DNA of 64,000 nt. Source: Pseudogymnoascus verrucosus. Taxonomy: Eukaryota. The translations under genes and the position numbers were made by a program. The notes under the pieces are model-generated. The model saw only the letters and a program-made list of their open reading frames with translations. It made no database searches and was not told where the DNA came from. Below are positions 61,902-64,000 of this stretch, one piece after another. The stretch is from NCBI GenBank assembly GCA_001662655.1, contig KV460281.1, one strand, 5' to 3'. Numbering within the stretch: position 1 is the first letter of the stretch; every line of letters starts with the position of its first letter.

Positions 61902-62114
61902 TATATCACGTGATATAAGACGCGTATATACTGACGCGGCGGGACTGACAGCCAAGAGAAACTCGGAAATCGGAGGTTATGGAAATAGGCCACGTGATAT
62001 AAAAAATCCCCTTTCGAACGTTAGAATTATTTTGCAAGAAGGATTTGTGAAATTAATATAACCGTCACGTGGTGTAAGAGTCATGAAATTAACATATCTG
62101 TCACGTGGTGTAAG
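61902..62114. promoter_or_regulatory. Cluster of four CACGTG E-boxes upstream of the GNAT gene
   Basis: CACGTG at 61907, 61991, 62066 and 62102. Confidence 0.55.
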
Positions 62115-64000
62115 ACGGGCTTGGCCGTTGCAAAACTTCAGGGTTCATGATTTTCCCCCAGATTTTGAGAAATTTTGGGGAGCGCGCGCTCGGCACCGTG
62201 CGTTGCGTGGACTGCTTGGCCCCGTGCGCTTTTTAAGGGTTTCTGGGGGGATGCCGAGGCATGGCATGGGGAAATGAGGGGCCGTTCCGGGCGATGCGGC
62301 TGAGGGAGCGAAATGAGATTAGCGATCTGGGAGGGAGCGAGAATCCGGGGAAAGGGATGGAGCGAGCAGGCAGGTGACTGTGTGTGACTCAGGTGACTGA
62401 CTTGATTGCGGAAATTTGGTTTTGGATTTAGCTTTTTGTTGAGTTCTAAGTTTGGTGAGGCTTTAACACGAGTACGGGGTATGGACCACAAACCCAAAAA
62501 GTACCAAGGGGCCACGATGCTTCTTTTGCGCCGAGGTTTGGTGTAAAGTCCAACAAAGAAGGTACACGCGGAGTAGTGTGCTCCCTTTGATGGACACGTT
62601 TTAAGGCCCTGTTTAGAAAAACAGCCGAGACGAGAAAAGCCACACCATGGGGATCTCCCGAAGATCCCAACAGGTCACAGGCTGGAAAATGAAGCTCACG
62701 ATGGGTCGGTGCACCGATGCGCTGGTGCACAAACTGAGTCATCACCTGATTTACCGCCACCGCCTCTTGGACCGCGGAATGCTGAAAAGGGGGAAGGCGT
62801 TAACGCTGCCAAGGGCGTCCAGATCGCGTCTTTACTTTACGATGCAGCTGTAGAGGAGCAAGGAAGCAAGACCAAGCACGACCAAGACTAAGACCAGGAG
62901 TAAAACAAGTAGCAAAGTAAAGTAACCTTGTAGTATACTTCGTACCTCTCCAATCCAACGTCTTTGTCGTAGTGCGTGTGAGCGTTTGGAAAGTAGAGTA
63001 GAGCCCAGGCCCAGACTCAACCGCCCGCTTACCCACGGGACCACCAGCGCTCCCCCTCCGCACTCCCAGTAAATGCCTCTCATGCCTCTCATCCCCCCAG
63101 AAACCCAGCATCCAAGCGGTCCGCCCTATTTTTAGTCACACTGCGTCTCCCAAGTCCCCTCGTACTCTGCGCACCCAAGCAGAGAAAACAGAGAACAGCT
63201 CATAAAAACTCAACTCACCGGGCCCGCACTAGTCCCACAACGGCACTAGCGTAAGAATATTCCAAGACCTTCCAAGACTCCCAAGCACCCGCTGACCTCG
63301 CTAATTACCCCCATTTTACCTAATAGTGACCAGGATGGCAACGACGAGGGGGCTGGATGCGCGACAGTGAGGGCAGGAGAGGCGGTTGTGAGGGCGCATG
63401 GCGAAATCTCTGCGGGCGTGGTGATGGGGAGTGGATGGCGTGTGGGTCTTGGCGGCAGTCACGGGGAGGGAGGAGGGGGGGGCGATGGAGGGATGACGGG
63501 AGGGGGAGGTGAGGGATGAGTGAGGAATGAGGCGATGAGACGATGAGAGACGGCGTTCAGGGGGTTGATGGTGAAGTTGCAGTGCAGGTACGGCGCGTGG
63601 TTTGTAACTGCACGATTTGCACGCTATTTGGGGCGGTGGAGAGAGGTAAGTTTGTAAAGTGTCTAGAGCGTGCGCAAGTGTATGCGGTGGATTGGAAGCT
63701 ATGAGGGTTTGAGGGTTTTTTGGAGTGGTTTGGTGATCATGAGCACCGTCGGCATAGGAACGTGAGGGCGTTGATGGGCTGGCGACGATGGAGAGGGGTC
63801 AGGGGCAGAATAGCGGTGGGTGGGTGTACAGTACGGTGTGTGTTAGTGTGTATTTGTGAGTGTATTTTGTGTGTTACTACGTGTATTTGGCTATTCTCGG
63901 TGTACTGACTGTACTGAACTGTACTGACTGTGCTGAGTGAGAGTAAATGAGAGTAAAGTAAATAAAATACACTCTACGGAGTACTGTACTGTGCTCTCTT

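Noticed and set aside
62200..64000. Gene-free, purine/pyrimidine-skewed end of the window considered as an ncRNA or a Starship boundary
   Set aside because: No tyrosine-recombinase captain, telomerase template or clear snoRNA boxes; more likely the long promoter or UTR of a gene outside the window.

Overview
Eukaryotic DNA from a filamentous ascomycete: short GT-AG introns with CTRAY branch points, RIP-type mutations and a Zn2Cys6 transcription factor. The window holds about 21 intact protein genes, one intron-containing tRNA-Phe, a RIP-inactivated Fot1/pogo transposon end and three damaged genes. Main structures: (1) 24.5-35.3 kb, an iron module of a siderophore-iron MFS importer, a divergent AIFM2/FSP1-like flavin oxidoreductase with an MGxxxS start and an ABCB exporter. 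It carries seven exact SreA-type ATCWGATAA boxes but has no NRPS or ornithine oxygenase in the window, and it lies beside the Sfp-type PPTase. (2) 41.5-44.2 kb, a relic of a polyketide cluster: an intact pathway-type Zn2Cys6 TF beside a wrecked trans-enoyl reductase. (3) 46.3-56.5 kb, a plant cell-wall island (CE1-CBM1 esterase, FHS-family permease, secreted lactonase, GH54-CBM42). Smaller oddities are a GGCT-like gene broken by one in-frame TAA, a tRNA with a C15/A48 Levitt position and a spliced 111-aa ORF ending CCCGIM. Family calls come from motif recognition by eye. No database search was run, and exon boundaries are predictions.
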